Below are positions 26,111 through 37,442 of a stretch of DNA of 64,000 bases, piece after piece; within the stretch, counting starts at the first letter, position 1; every line of letters begins with the position of its first letter. Where the stretch lies: positions 926,681-990,680 of the forward strand of contig NC_089179.1 of NCBI RefSeq assembly GCF_947507565.1, read 5' to 3'. Both the position numbers and the translations under genes were made by a program. Source of the DNA: Oscarella lobularis. Its lineage: Eukaryota. A model generated the notes under the pieces. It saw only the letters and a program-made list of their open reading frames with translations, did no database searches and was not told where the DNA came from.

Positions 26111-26418
26111 AAAAGAGGCAACGAAGCTGGTGAATCGCGATTGATGATGCTTGCTGCGTCTTTTGTCTGCTGGCTGAGCGTCCTATCTGTAGTTGCCGTG
26201 CTCGCATTTTCGGTTGCACGAAGGGTAGAATTCTATTTATCTATATATCACTTTTCTTCTGGAGCAAATTCGGGAGAGAAAACGTTCTCCTCGACGTAGT
26301 CGTCGCAGTGTCTTTCTATTTCGTCGGCAACGTCACGGAGGCAACCAGTCAACAATCCGTCACTAATTCTAGACAAACAGTGTGTCCGCACGTACGTACG
26401 TACACGAAGCGTTTTCTC

Positions 26419-27100
26419 TTACTTCTCGACGACGGCCGATGGATCGAATCGTCCCAAAGGACGAGCAGCGCCGTCTCGCAGGTATTCGTCGTATGCACGC
26501 TGACTCTTCAGTAGTCGATCGCGCGTCTCTTCTAGCACGCAAAGCTCCGTTTCCCTACGCGTCGACGCTTTCGCTTTCTTTTGCCGACTGGACGAAGTGA
26601 AGCGACACGCGAAACCGGACGATTCGACGTCGTCTGCATCTTCGTATTCTATTGTACGCCATTTGCGTCGAATTTCTTCTTCCTCCGCCTGCAATTTTGA
26701 CGTCATCGAGCGAAATTGCGACTGCGTTCTTCTCTCTACCTCGAATGCATCTAAATGCTGTCCGATTGCTTCGAGCGTCGGTCGACTCAATTCTTCGACT
26801 GCCTGCTCTTCTGATTTCGTTTCAGCGTCAATTCTTTATAGACATTTTCGTTCTAATGCAGAGCTATGTCTCGTCAGATGCTCTACCTTGACAATTCTTG
26901 CGCAGTTTCGATTAGCAAGTCGTTCAAGAGACGTTCGGCAACAAAGTCCGCGTGGGAAGATGTCTACAGGGCAACAACGTAAATGAAGTGATTCGAATAC
27001 GCGGTACATACAGCTGCAACGGCTTTTTCTGACAGTTGATAACGCAGTGAAGACATCTTTCCCTCTTCAGGCTAAGGTATGACGTTTTTGCATTACGCGA
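26419..27100 (-). CDS. Hypothetical coiled-coil protein (unassigned)
   Basis: 123-aa minus ORF (..QAEEEEIRRKWRTIEYEDADD..LLKSQRAYDEYLRDG..) plus a possible upstream exon VALSTSSHADFVAERLLNDLLIETAQELSR. No recognisable domain. Confidence 0.3.
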
Positions 27101-27791
27101 GGCAGGCTCTTTAGCTAGGCGCAGTGTACTACCTTTCTACGACTTCTTGTTCTCTGTGTTGAATGTGATCGGATTGCCGCGAGCCTTTCTTTCTCAACGC
27201 GTCTTAGCGCGGCAATTTCTTCCATCTATAAAATTCAAAGCGCGTTGACCGTTAAATAATTAATTAATTAATCTGGTTTTTTTCTCGCCTGTTTTTGAGT
27301 CTCTTGATCTAGCCAGACTTGCCTGAATTTGAATTTTAAAGATTTAGGCGACATGGTCCTATGTGATGATGACCTTGCCGCTTCTTTTCCCATCATTTCT
27401 TGAAAAGCAGCTCTTAGTGATTTGAGCTGGTTTTCTTTCTCCGCGATTTCTTCGTCTTTTCGCTTTTCTACTAAAGTTTCCTTTCTCACAGTCGTTCTTT
27501 TCTTTTTCTTCTTTTTCTAAACAAAACTGCAAGCAACACTTGAATTTTAGCGCCCATAACGACTACAGTTTTTGCCGGCGGCTCAGCTTTCTTTTCAGTT
27601 AAATTTCTACTAGGAAATCGGTGAGTGCTCTTTCCAACGGGTCTCGAAACAACAGCATCCCGTTGATGCAGAATCTATAAGAACGACAATAAGGCACAAC
27701 AATCAGGTAAAAATTCAATAACCTGCTTTCGCCGCTCTCCTTCTAGAGGTTGACTTCGTTTAGTTGATCGTCTCTTCAAAACGATTTTGCT

Positions 27792-28106
27792 CTATAGGCG
27801 GAATATCAGCCTTTGTCGGATATGAAGAACGCGTGCAAATACCTTTTCCTGTTTTCCTGAAACGAGGCCCACACCATCTTTGTCACGACGAGCCACAACG
27901 TCGTCTCTGTCACCTTCAACAGACTCAAGTACGTCTGCCATTACCTTTGGCCCGTCAATGTCCATCTGCGTGCAGCACGCCGACAATTGCTGTATCAAAT
28001 AGCCTAGCTCTTTCTGTATTCCGCCGAGCGACGCGTAGCCGCGCGGCTGACCGCATTGAACGAACGTCTGAATTGCTCGAACGGCAGCGCGATGAGCGGC
28101 AGCCAA
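27792..28106 (-). CDS. Hypothetical small protein (104 aa), unassigned
   Basis: ORF MAAAHRAAVRAIQTFVQCGQ..GGIQKELGYLIQQLSACCTQMDIDGPKVMADVLESVEGD.. The plus-strand ORF overlapping it is low-complexity. Confidence 0.25.
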   Translation of the reverse strand: MAAAHRAAVRAIQTFVQCGQPRGYASLGGIQKELGYLIQQLSACCTQMDIDGPKVMADVLESVEGDRDDVVARRDKDGVGLVSGKQEKVFARVLHIRQRLIFRL

Positions 28107-28230
28107 GCGAGACAGAGTCTGACTCTAAATTAACAAGAAAACGGTAAATACATTACCCAGAAGCAATCAAATGAAACCAACTTTCTTAGTGTGTCTGACT
28201 GACAAAGGCTGTCTCTCTCGCCTTCCCAGT

Positions 28231-28968
28231 TCATCCTGTATGTCGTGCACCTGGCAAATATTTATGAGGTATCTGTCTCTCAACGTAGATATTTCCTACT
28301 TGTCTCTGCAAAACGTAGAGCATTCGAGCTGATCTAGCTGCTTGCTCTTCAGCCTTTACAACTGCTCGAACACTGGCTGCATTTTGATGCTGATCAAACA
28401 GTGTTTCCCTGAATCGATGTCTCGTAGGAGGAGACGGCATCAAGACGCCGCCACTTCCTGGCGTTTTCTTTATTTTCTTGAGCTGATCGTTCAACTGCCG
28501 ACGCAATCTATATATCTCAATAACCTCTTTCTCATCTCGAGTCAATGTCTCTTTGTCTTTGGCAGCATATTGACGACGTGTCACCGTTGAACCAGACACA
28601 GGTGTCTCTAAAGGAAACCTTGGCTGACGTCTTGCTGTTCGAAGCAGCACGGAAGAGCGAGGAGGAGAAGGAGGCGGTGATGACTGTTGATGTGATTGAA
28701 TAGGAAGGGAATGATCACTGATTGAAGGTGGAGCCACTAGGACACCTCTGCGTACGTCTCGGCGAGCAAGAATGATTGCCTGTTGAAGGCGTTTTGATAT
28801 TGGTCTCGTAGACTGAGGTGAGTCGTCGCTTTGGTGAGTTGATGTCTCCTTGATTTGTTCAATTATTATTGGACCGGGTTTTGCTGGTTTGAATGTTGGC
28901 CGACGACGGTCAAAGGTAGAATTCAAGTTAAAATGAAGTTGATTTCGCAAATATTTGCTCTGTTCCAT
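28231..28968 (-). CDS. Hypothetical Ser/Pro-rich protein with C-terminal coiled-coil (unassigned)
   Basis: 245-aa ORF; ..SSPPPSPPRSS..; EVIEIYRLRRQLNDQLKKIKK; AVVKAEEQAARSARMLYVLQRQ. Confidence 0.35.
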   Translation of the reverse strand: MEQSKYLRNQLHFNLNSTFDRRRPTFKPAKPGPIIIEQIKETSTHQSDDSPQSTRPISKRLQQAIILARRDVRRGVLVAPPSISDHSLPIQSHQQSSPPPSPPRSSVLLRTARRQPRFPLETPVSGSTVTRRQYAAKDKETLTRDEKEVIEIYRLRRQLNDQLKKIKKTPGSGGVLMPSPPTRHRFRETLFDQHQNAASVRAVVKAEEQAARSARMLYVLQRQVGNIYVERQIPHKYLPGARHTG

Positions 28969-29092
28969 AGACTGAAGCGGATAGGAATTCGAATTGGTTC
29001 AGTTAGAGCGCGTTAGCGTAAGAAAGCAGTGTGCTGTCGCCTTTACTTTGGGAACTTCAGCGAAGCGGGGCAGCGACAAGACAGATTGACGA

Positions 29093-30078
29093 ATGGAAGA
29101 AAAGACCACGGACAAAAAAGAAAAGCGGGGGCCCCAATCGGGAAAAAGACGGGAAAGCGGCGACGAATCATTAATTCCTCGATCAGCCAGCATCCTCATC
29201 ATGCTAATATCTGCCGCGGTGGCTCTAGGAGCCATCGCGATGCTTCAAACGCAATCGAACGAACCAGAAGCAGAGCAACGAGACGAAAGAACGGAAGAGA
29301 AAACAATCCCAGCGCCTCCAGCGGCCGAAAAACGTCTCTTTCCCGTCTCGCCGACCGATCGACGCTTCACCGTCGACGAATTACGCGCGCACGGCCCGAC
29401 GGCGAGCACAATTTATCTCGCAATCTTCGGTCGCGTTTACGACGTAACAAAAGGCAAGCAACACTACGGCAAAAAGGGCGGCTACTCGTTTTTCGCCGGA
29501 CGCGACGCGACGCGATCGTTCGTCTCGGGCGACTTCACCGACGCGGGCCTGACCGACGATCTGACGGGGCTCTCGCCCGATCTCATGCTCGGCATCGAGG
29601 ATTGGGTTCGGACGTACGAGAAGGATTACACGTACGTCGGAATTCTCGTCGGACGCTTCTACGATGCGAACGGGAGAGCGACCGAAGCGCTGCGCGATGC
29701 GGAGAGACGAATCGGCGACGGTCACGCGGCGAGGGCGAAGGAGAACGATTTGAAGCGGCTCTTTCCGCCGTGCAATTCGCGTTGGGCCGCCGGCAGCGGC
29801 GAAGTGTGGTGCACGACGAAAAGGTCAGAATTCCGACCGCCGGAAAAATTGTCTATGAATTCCTATTCTTCAGTGGGGGTATTGCACGCGACTGGGTCGG
29901 CGTACCGCGGCGGTTTTTTCAAGCGGGCAGGAAAGAGTCTCGGTGTGCGTGCGTGAAAAAGTCCGGTAAGAGGTCCGATGGGTCGGATAGCGGTAACCGG
30001 GGCGATTTGGATGATCCGCGTTTAAAATTGTACACCGATTGCCCTGTCAGCGCGGATACGTGTAAAATAGTAGATTAG
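29093..30078 (+). CDS. CYB5D2: Neuferricin (CYB5D2; membrane-anchored cytochrome b5-like heme/steroid-binding protein), 2 exons
   Basis: N-terminal TM ILIMLISAAVALGAIAML; FTVDELRAHGPTASTIYLAIFGRVYDVTKGKQHYGKKGGYSFFAGRDATRSFVSGDFTDAGLTDDLTGLSPDLMLGIEDWVRTYEKDYTYVGILVGRFYDANG; FPPCNSRWAAGSGEVWCTTK, then a gtcaga..cag intron (54 bp); SGGIARDWVGVPRRFFQAGRKESRCACVK. These match neuferricin FPPCNAEW..LWCS.KSGGVSRDWIGVPRKLY..PRCVCV. Confidence 0.8.
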
Positions 30079-30372
30079 GTGACCCAAACACGGAAAGATT
30101 TTATATTGAAAAGCAACACCAAATGACGGCAGCAACAGCAAAAACGCAAGTCCATTGCATGGTTCAACGTTTTTCCCCTTTTGATCTGGGGCTACTAGTC
30201 TTCATTGGGATTGGTTGGCGGTGCCGCTATTGCGGACGAGCCAAGCAATCCATGGGCCGTGTTGAACAAATTGATGGGACTGTTTCCGTCAGTGATCAGC
30301 GTTGACTTCAGTCCCAGAGACTGCAGCAATTTGACCTGGCAGACACAACCGTCCAGTTGGCTCTGATCTCTA

Positions 30373-33300
30373 CTACAACTCTCTCTTTACCTGCATCTCT
30401 GGTCCTGCCGTGGCAATGGCTTGGATCGTCTGAGAACCGATGGCATCGACCATCAGTTTGAATTTCTCCGTTTCAATTCCGGCCATTTCACGCGATTTGT
30501 TAATCTCCAAGTCATTCTGCTCGCGGATGTACTTGGTCTCCGCTTCGCGAGCGCTTGTCAACCTATCGAGCTCTGATTCCTGAAAGAAAAAGGCACTGAC
30601 GAGGGTGAAAACTTATATACACGTAGCACTAACAGCCTCGATTTTAGATGCTTCTGCTTTTAGTTTGGCCTGCTGAACAGCAGCCTCTCCTTCAATTCTC
30701 GCCGCTTCCGCGCGAGACTGTGCTTCCGCTTTCGCTTGACCTGTAGACTCCACAGCAGCACTATCCCACAAAATTGCTCAAGGTTAGCTGCACATATATC
30801 CTCCTATACGCTGTACCTGTTCGCCTGCAATTCAAGCAAGTTTCTCCTTGCTTTCTCAGCTTCAGCTTCATCCTGAATCTTCTGCCTCTCAAGACGACCT
30901 CTAGCCTCTTGTTCAACGCGTTCAGCTTCGTGCCTACGCGTAACAAATCATCGTTCGTTTTCTCCGTTGGATTTTTACTGCTTCTCACTTGGCTGTTGCC
31001 TCTTGGGAAGCGGTGGTAATCTCAATGGCCAATTGGACGGACTTTTGCAACGCGTCTCTCGTCCTCTGATCAACCGGCTCCACCGATTGAATGTCAATGC
31101 TCGTAATCACCAGATTGTTGGCTGGGAACTTGAATCGCTCGCGCACTTTGTTTTTCTCGTCCAATCCGAAAACGGACGATCGAATAATGCGAGCAGAATT
31201 CTACAAGAAAAGGATTTTCAATTGGCTCAAAAATAACCAATTTTTGGACCTTGTGAAAATCGTCAAACTGAACTTGAGCCACAGCGCCACGAACGCGTGA
31301 CGCAATTGCTTTGCAAGCATCGCCGACGAAATCAGGAACAGAGAAGAGTTTGAACGCCTCCGCTTCAGTCATGCCTTCGTGATCAAAATGCCTGGATGGA
31401 AGCAAAAGATATATATTATGCTAGTGCTTCACCTTTTTCCTTACCAGTTGTACGAGAGCTGGAGTTGAAGACGAGCGTGATCGGCTGTTTCTATGGTGAT
31501 GATGTCAGTGAAGAAGTCGGGTCCCAGAAGAAGACAAAGCGCTTTGATGACGTTTGGCTTTTTGGGCTTGCCTCCAGACAAGCTCAACTGGGTAAATTGT
31601 TCGTCGGGAAGCAACATGACCAAATCGGGACCGAAGACGACTCTAGTAAGAAAAGGTTCACCTACACGCGTGCACAAAGTAGGGGAGCCCCTTACCTTGC
31701 TTTCTTCTCCTTGTAGTCGTATATTTGGACGGCAGCGTTGTGCGGAACGCGAAACGTGACCACTCTCGTTTTCTCGCGAAGTCTCGGCGGACCAGTGGGT
31801 CCCGAACGGTCGCTTCGATCCGCCAGCGGATCTCTCGCCATTTGAAGCAGCTGCTCGACGGCCGGCGGCAATTCTTTCACCCACAATTCTTCGTCTTGCG
31901 ACATCATGTACGTCTCGCCGCACACAGCGCGAACCTATGAGAGGCAAGTGTGTACGCAGAGAAAGAAGACTCCTTTCTTCCAACTGACTCGTCCTGTCTT
32001 TGTATCTCGAACGTAGATGCCTTCGTTCTCGTCTAACGCAATTGCCTTTCGTTTCGTCACCACGTCAACTTCAACCGGAGGAACATACTCAGCCGGACCA
32101 CGAATCATCCACCTGTCACCCGGTTTTCTCTGCTATGTGTGCGGCAGACGTTCGTATAGCCGGCATTAAGTATTAACTCGGTCCCCTTACCGTTTTCTTG
32201 CCGTCTTCTGTGTCCATGAAGGCCTCGTTGGCTTTGAGTATCACGCCTTCGTCTTCACCAAGGATATAGATGTTCTGAATGCCTTTCTCCAGTTTCTCGC
32301 CTGGCTGCAAAAAGAAGGATCTCTCTCCCTGCATCAGGAAACGAAGTTGAGCATTAAGAACACGGAATGCAACTCAGACATACCCGAACAAGCCTTTTCT
32401 GACCTAGCTGCGGCTTTCCGTCGTCCCCGACCGGATCAAGAATGACGCAGTATTGCCTGTTGGTCAACGTGTTGATGTTCACCACGCCAACAACCTTTGG
32501 AAGAGCAGATACTGAACACGCTCGTCTGTGACTGTATCTCTGGCAGTCCTACCCTCTCATAAACATCGGGGATGTGAGTTTCAGTGTCTTCGAACGTAAT
32601 CAGCCACTCTTCTCCGTTCTTTCGAACGATTCCCTTGCCGTCCTTGAAGGTGCGCGTGGCAGACATGTGCAATGCAGTCTACGCAAGGAAACCCGGTGAG
32701 CGGAAAAAAAATCTCGCCTACTAATTAGATTGTTCTCACTTTCTCCGTCAAAACGTAGGCTTTCACAATTTCAACCACTTCCTCATACGCGCTGGGCAAA
32801 TAGGCACCGACTTGCTTGACAAGCCACTCCTCGCCTGTCACTCGATCATTCCCCTGACGATCCTAGAAAATCAAAAAGAAAGAGACTAAGATGACTAAAA
32901 AGAGGTACGATTCATATATATCACTTACCTGAGTCTCTTTTCGAGCTCTAAGTTTGATAGCCTGATTGGGCATGATGACAGTCGCTCGGATCGTCTCGTC
33001 GACTTCGACCTCCTTTCTCGGTATGTACGTCCCTAAGCAGCAAAAGCACGTGCAACTCGGTTTCCGTGCACTCATTCAGTCTAGAATACCGGGTCCCTCG
33101 AACAGCCACTCGTCGCCGGCGACGCGTCGCACTTCGGCGTCGTCGTCGTCGAAATCGAGAACGGCTTTGAGTCGCAGCGCCGTGTTAGCGAGCACGACTT
33201 TGAGCTTCGTGACGGGCTGCTTGAGCGCTTCGCCCGGATAGAGCGGAAAGGGATCCTGCGCGAGACGTATCTCCTGATCGGCGAAGCGCAACTTCACTTG

Positions 33301-33573
33301 ACCGGACTCGTCGAAGACGGGTTTCGAGTCGGCGTCGCGCACGACCGGGCTCTCGATGACGCAGAAGCTGCGCGGCGGCACCGTGATCATCTTTTCCGGT
33401 CCGACGAGGACTTTTTCGTTGTCCTGACGAATGAACGTCTTCGGACCGACTTCGATGCGCGTCACGTTCGTGTTTTGGTCGAGAACGTGGATGTAGTAGT
33501 AGGGCGGGATGCGATAGAGGCTCTGCGGCTCGTCGGACGCCGCGCTCGGGCCTGGACGACTGCGACGATCCAT
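30373..33573 (-). CDS. MVP: Major vault protein (MVP), multi-exon
   Basis: N-terminus [87 protein letters not shown] ([18 protein letters not shown]..). [19 protein letters not shown]; [20 protein letters not shown]; [47 protein letters not shown]; [33 protein letters not shown]; [34 protein letters not shown]-terminal tail [34 protein letters not shown]. Confidence 0.9.
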
Positions 33574-34075
33574 TTAGAAGAGCTAGACAGAGACGCCTTT
33601 TCACGAGGGGCGTGGATGGGGGATGGGAAAGGGAGCCCCGGCCATCTACGACGTCTTTTCTAGCTTGCACGAGGGTTTGGTGCAATGCTGCAGTGTGAAT
33701 GTGCGCCGGTGCATTACGAAAAAAACGATAAAAACGATCGTAAGCACCCGAGCAAACAACCCGGGCCACAACCGGTTCTCGCCTGATTTGGGGAGTCTCG
33801 AAAGAAGCTCTCTATCAGCCGGACTTACTGTGTACGGGCGAAGGACGTTCAAGCAAGAAAGAGACGAGCTCGTGTAAGTTTACGCCGTCACGACACCTCC
33901 AATGATTGGTTGCTTCCCTACTAATTTGATTGGATCGCGCACGTGGATTTTCGGCTTAGCTCAGTAGATCCCCTATTTTAGGAAACAGCCATATCGCTTA
34001 CTCATTGCTTCGCTCGTTGCACAACGAACGAGCAATTTCGGGGGAAAAAAGAGAGGCGGGGCTCCTTCCGAGGAA

Positions 34076-35442
34076 ATGGCTGGTATTGCTCCAACGTAAG
34101 GCGCTGCAACGCCTGATTGACGACTTTCTGTCTTCAGGCGAACGGCCTTCTCAATTGGTTCTAGTCGTCGATGTTAGTCCTGTGCACTGGGGAAGGCTAA
34201 ACGCCGCTGCGGAGGAGGTACGGAAAATGGAACTTGCTTTTCTTTTCGTCTCACAACCAACACTGTCAGTCACTGTCGTTTACTCGGTGCGTGGAGAATG
34301 TCTGCGTCTTTCTCAACGCTTTCATGATGATAAACGATGGGAACAAGATAGCTGTTCTTGCCTCTCATCCTCTTGAAAAGTTTGTGCAGTATGATCTTCC
34401 CAAAATACAGGAAAATTTCATTTTGCTCCTTAGCCGATTCGTCTATCCAACGTCAAATGTTCCAAGTGACGGCGTGAGATATGAACTCTTTGCTGCCCTC
34501 GATAAGGCAGTCGTCGACGGAATGAAAGCGATGGCACAAAAACTGACCTTACATGGTTACAATAGATAAAGACTTAAAAAAAATTATCAATAGAGTCTGT
34601 TTTAGAAAACGTTATCGCTGATGGGTCTCCTTCTTTGATGGCTGGCAGTTTGGCCAAGGCCCTTTGCTGTAAGAGAGACCACCAACACTTTTATCTATAT
34701 TAATTTTTTTTCATCTGCAGACATTAACAGGACTACTCAAGGTAGCCGGTTAGTAACTCTAGCGCCTGCTAATTTTGTATACAATAGCTGGGGGTCAACT
34801 TCAATCGAGAATTCTGGTATAGTTACATGTCCAGTGGATGGCAGTCTTATCAAAAAACGACTCTTTATTAGATAGTCAAAGTGTCACCTGACGCTCCGGC
34901 TCAATACATGGCCACAATGAATTGCATATTTGGAGCTCAGAAAAATGTACCTATGTACTACACTATTAAGTGATGAATTTTTGACTGGCATTTAGGGAAT
35001 ACCTATTGATGCTTGCATCATTGGTCCGGACTCTGGTTTTCTGCAACAGGTACTTATGAAAACATTTTTTCTCTATTTCTATTCTCTTTCCAGGCATCTG
35101 ACTTGACTGGTGGAATGTACCTTAGAGTTCCTGAACCGAAGGCGTTGCTACAGTATCTTATGGTATATTCAGCTTCGTCATATTTTTCCGTGCTCATGTC
35201 TTGGTATATTGCAGTGGGTGTTTCTTCCGGATGCTTCAATAAGGAATACATTGGTTTTTCCGTCTCGAGCACTTGTCGACTACAGAGCGGCCTGTTTTTG
35301 TCACAGAAAACTTGTAGAAGTTGGATTCGTCTGCTCCGTTTGTCTTTCAAGTAAGAGTAGTGGACATTTGGGATTGGGGGAAAGGCGAGTTTCTTTCTTG
35401 CAGTTTTTTGTCAATTTAATCCCGTCTGCCTGACCTGCAAGT
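34076..35442 (+). CDS. GTF2H3: General transcription factor IIH subunit 3 (p34 / Tfb4), multi-exon
   Basis: [16 protein letters not shown] (p34 LLVIVVDANPIWWGK); [35 protein letters not shown]; [23 protein letters not shown]; [45 protein letters not shown] followed by an intron; [13 protein letters not shown] (p34 CSVCLSIFCNFSPICTTCE). Confidence 0.8.
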
Positions 35443-35646
35443 AAAGTGCAAACAGCTGGAGTCCTTTCTCTATTACGTACAAATTTATTGATTTGTAGTT
35501 CACGGTTCAGAGTGCCTGGCCTGGGTGCGGCGAAGGGAAAAAAGAAGAATGTCACTTAAAAGTTAAATTATTTAGCGTATTTAATTAATTAATTAATAAT
35601 AGACGACTTCATTATTCGCCCAACATGGAGCCATCAGCATGAGTCA

Positions 35647-37077
35647 TTGACATCCGTATTTATTTATACGGGAGCAACAGATAGAACATGCCACGGAAGT
35701 AGCCGTACACGTTCAACAGGTTTCATGGACGCTATCGAGAGCGAAGAAGAGGAGGAACGGCAGCCGCTCGTTCTCTCGACGGAGAAAGAGCAGTCTAGCA
35801 CTTGTCGAAAGAAAGCCAACTTCAAAAGAAGACGGCGTATCGACGTCTGTCTGGCGCTAATCGTGTCAGCGACGCTTGGTTTGGGAAGCGGAGTTTCGTA
35901 CGCACTCAGCTATCTTATACGACCCGTACAAAGGGCCTGTCCTGCATGGTCCCCTTCATCTACTGTCTACGGGTTCTCTGGTTCGATGGCTGTCGCGGTA
36001 ATATTCGGCGTCTTTGTGCCCAGTCTCTCGGCGAAGTTATCGGCGCGGACTGCTGTCGTTGCGATCACTTTGCTTTCTGGTCTTTCGTACGGTCTATCGG
36101 GACTCGGAACTCAGTTATGTCAGACAGCTGGCGTATCGCCTGTTATTACGGAGATTCTCTACGTCGTCGGATTGTCGGCTACTGGACTGCCTATTATCTG
36201 GGCTTACATCTTATGTTTTCAGCTTCTGGTTCAACTGATTCCGCACAGAGTGGGGCTGGCTGGGAGTACGTTTAGTGCAGGCATTACTGTTGGGGCGGAA
36301 ATCTTTGGCCAATTGATACTGGCGCTCATTAAGATTGACGGCATGACGACTGCATCTATTCAATTTATCGTTGGAATTATAGTCGTCCTGCTGTACACTG
36401 TATGCATATTTCTCACTCCTGATAAGAAAGTAAAGAGCGGTGCTGACAGCAAAAGCGACGTGCAAGGAGCTTCTTTACGAGAGGTCATGCCATTTTCTTT
36501 ACTTATCCGTCGTTCTGCATCTATTCTGACGTCTTTTTTTGTAACTGTAGCAGTGGCTCTAGCCATCGGCGTGGTAGCTCATCTTGCCTTGATTCTCGAT
36601 GCACTTTGGAATGCAGACGCTCCTCCGAGAGCAGCATTGGCTGGATTTGCATTCGCTTTTTATCTTGCCGGTAGATTGACTTGGACTGTAACGTCAGATT
36701 GTATTGGAATCAAAAGACTGTGTCTAATATCAGTGGCTCTGCAAGGCTTCATATTTGGATTTCTAGCTTGGCTCTCATGGAAACCTTCAACCGATGACTG
36801 GTCCAGATATTTGGGAGAAGTCATGATCTGTCTTTATTTGTTCATTTGCAGTGTCTGCAAATCGCACTGCATGAGCCTATTCTACGTTATGTTGGGAAAG
36901 GAGAATGAAAAGAACGCTTTGCGTTTGAGCAACATTGCTGGACTCGGAGCCATTGGCGGCCCCTTACTCATCGACGCCATGTACAACACGTTCAAGAGCT
37001 ACTTTCAATTCTACGTAATGTCAAGCTGTCTTTGTCTCGTTTCACTCATCTTTGTTTTCGCAAAGCCTTTGACCTGA
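35647..37077 (+). CDS. MFS-like 12-TM transporter, tandem copy 1 (intronless)
   Basis: Single 476-aa ORF. The start is probably ATG 35725 (MDAIESEEEEERQPLVL). ~12 hydrophobic helices. MFS motif-A-like AGRLTWTVTSDCIGIKR in the second half. C-terminus ..LIFVFAKPLT*. 85-90% identical at nt level to copy 2. Confidence 0.7.
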   Translation: MTSVFIYTGATDRTCHGSSRTRSTGFMDAIESEEEEERQPLVLSTEKEQSSTCRKKANFKRRRRIDVCLALIVSATLGLGSGVSYALSYLIRPVQRACPAWSPSSTVYGFSGSMAVAVIFGVFVPSLSAKLSARTAVVAITLLSGLSYGLSGLGTQLCQTAGVSPVITEILYVVGLSATGLPIIWAYILCFQLLVQLIPHRVGLAGSTFSAGITVGAEIFGQLILALIKIDGMTTASIQFIVGIIVVLLYTVCIFLTPDKKVKSGADSKSDVQGASLREVMPFSLLIRRSASILTSFFVTVAVALAIGVVAHLALILDALWNADAPPRAALAGFAFAFYLAGRLTWTVTSDCIGIKRLCLISVALQGFIFGFLAWLSWKPSTDDWSRYLGEVMICLYLFICSVCKSHCMSLFYVMLGKENEKNALRLSNIAGLGAIGGPLLIDAMYNTFKSYFQFYVMSSCLCLVSLIFVFAKPLT

Positions 37078-37254
37078 TTAAAGGCTCTTCACTCGGGGGA
37101 AGAAGAAGACTACATAGCCATTTGTGAACTCTAGCTTGTGCGCGCTTTCAGATAAGAGGGGCACAGCATTTCACTTGGGATCCTTTTTAATTAAATCACG
37201 CATTTCTCATTCTGAAAATGCAATTTATTAATCGAACTTGAATCTACTAAAAAC

Positions 37255-37395
37255 TCCATATGTTTCCATCCAATTTCAATCTCTATGACAAATTCGCTTC
37301 ACTTTATAATTTCTCTCTGTTCCATCGGCAAGCAATCGCTCGTCAGTCATGATAACAATGTCATCGACCGGCCTTAGCAGCTTATTTATTGATTC
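37255..37395 (-). pseudogene. Decayed duplicate of the last ~40 codons of the gene at 38986..39786, carried along by the tandem MFS duplication
   Basis: Minus-strand translation ..LLRPVDDIVIMTDERLLADGTERNYKVKRI.. compares with the intact gene end ..LLRPVDDIVLMSDERVLADGEKIGRLKPREIITWSEFVIEIETR*. The copy carries an internal deletion and frameshift. The flank sequence ttaaaggctcttcactcgggg..aatctactaaaaac..caatctctatgacaaattcgc is shared after both MFS copies. Confidence 0.5.
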
Positions 37396-37442
37396 GTTTA
37401 CCATACATGTAGATATCTATGATGCAACGGAAGTAGCCGTAT

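Noticed and set aside
29029-30078. 349-aa Arg-rich ORF overlapping the CYB5D2 locus; similar 133-aa Arg-rich ORF at 12680..13081 over the NOS PDZ exon
   Set aside because: These are alternative reading frames of GC/CG-rich coding exons (cgacg repeats translate to RRR). The neighbouring frame gives clean neuferricin and PDZ homology, so these are frame artefacts.
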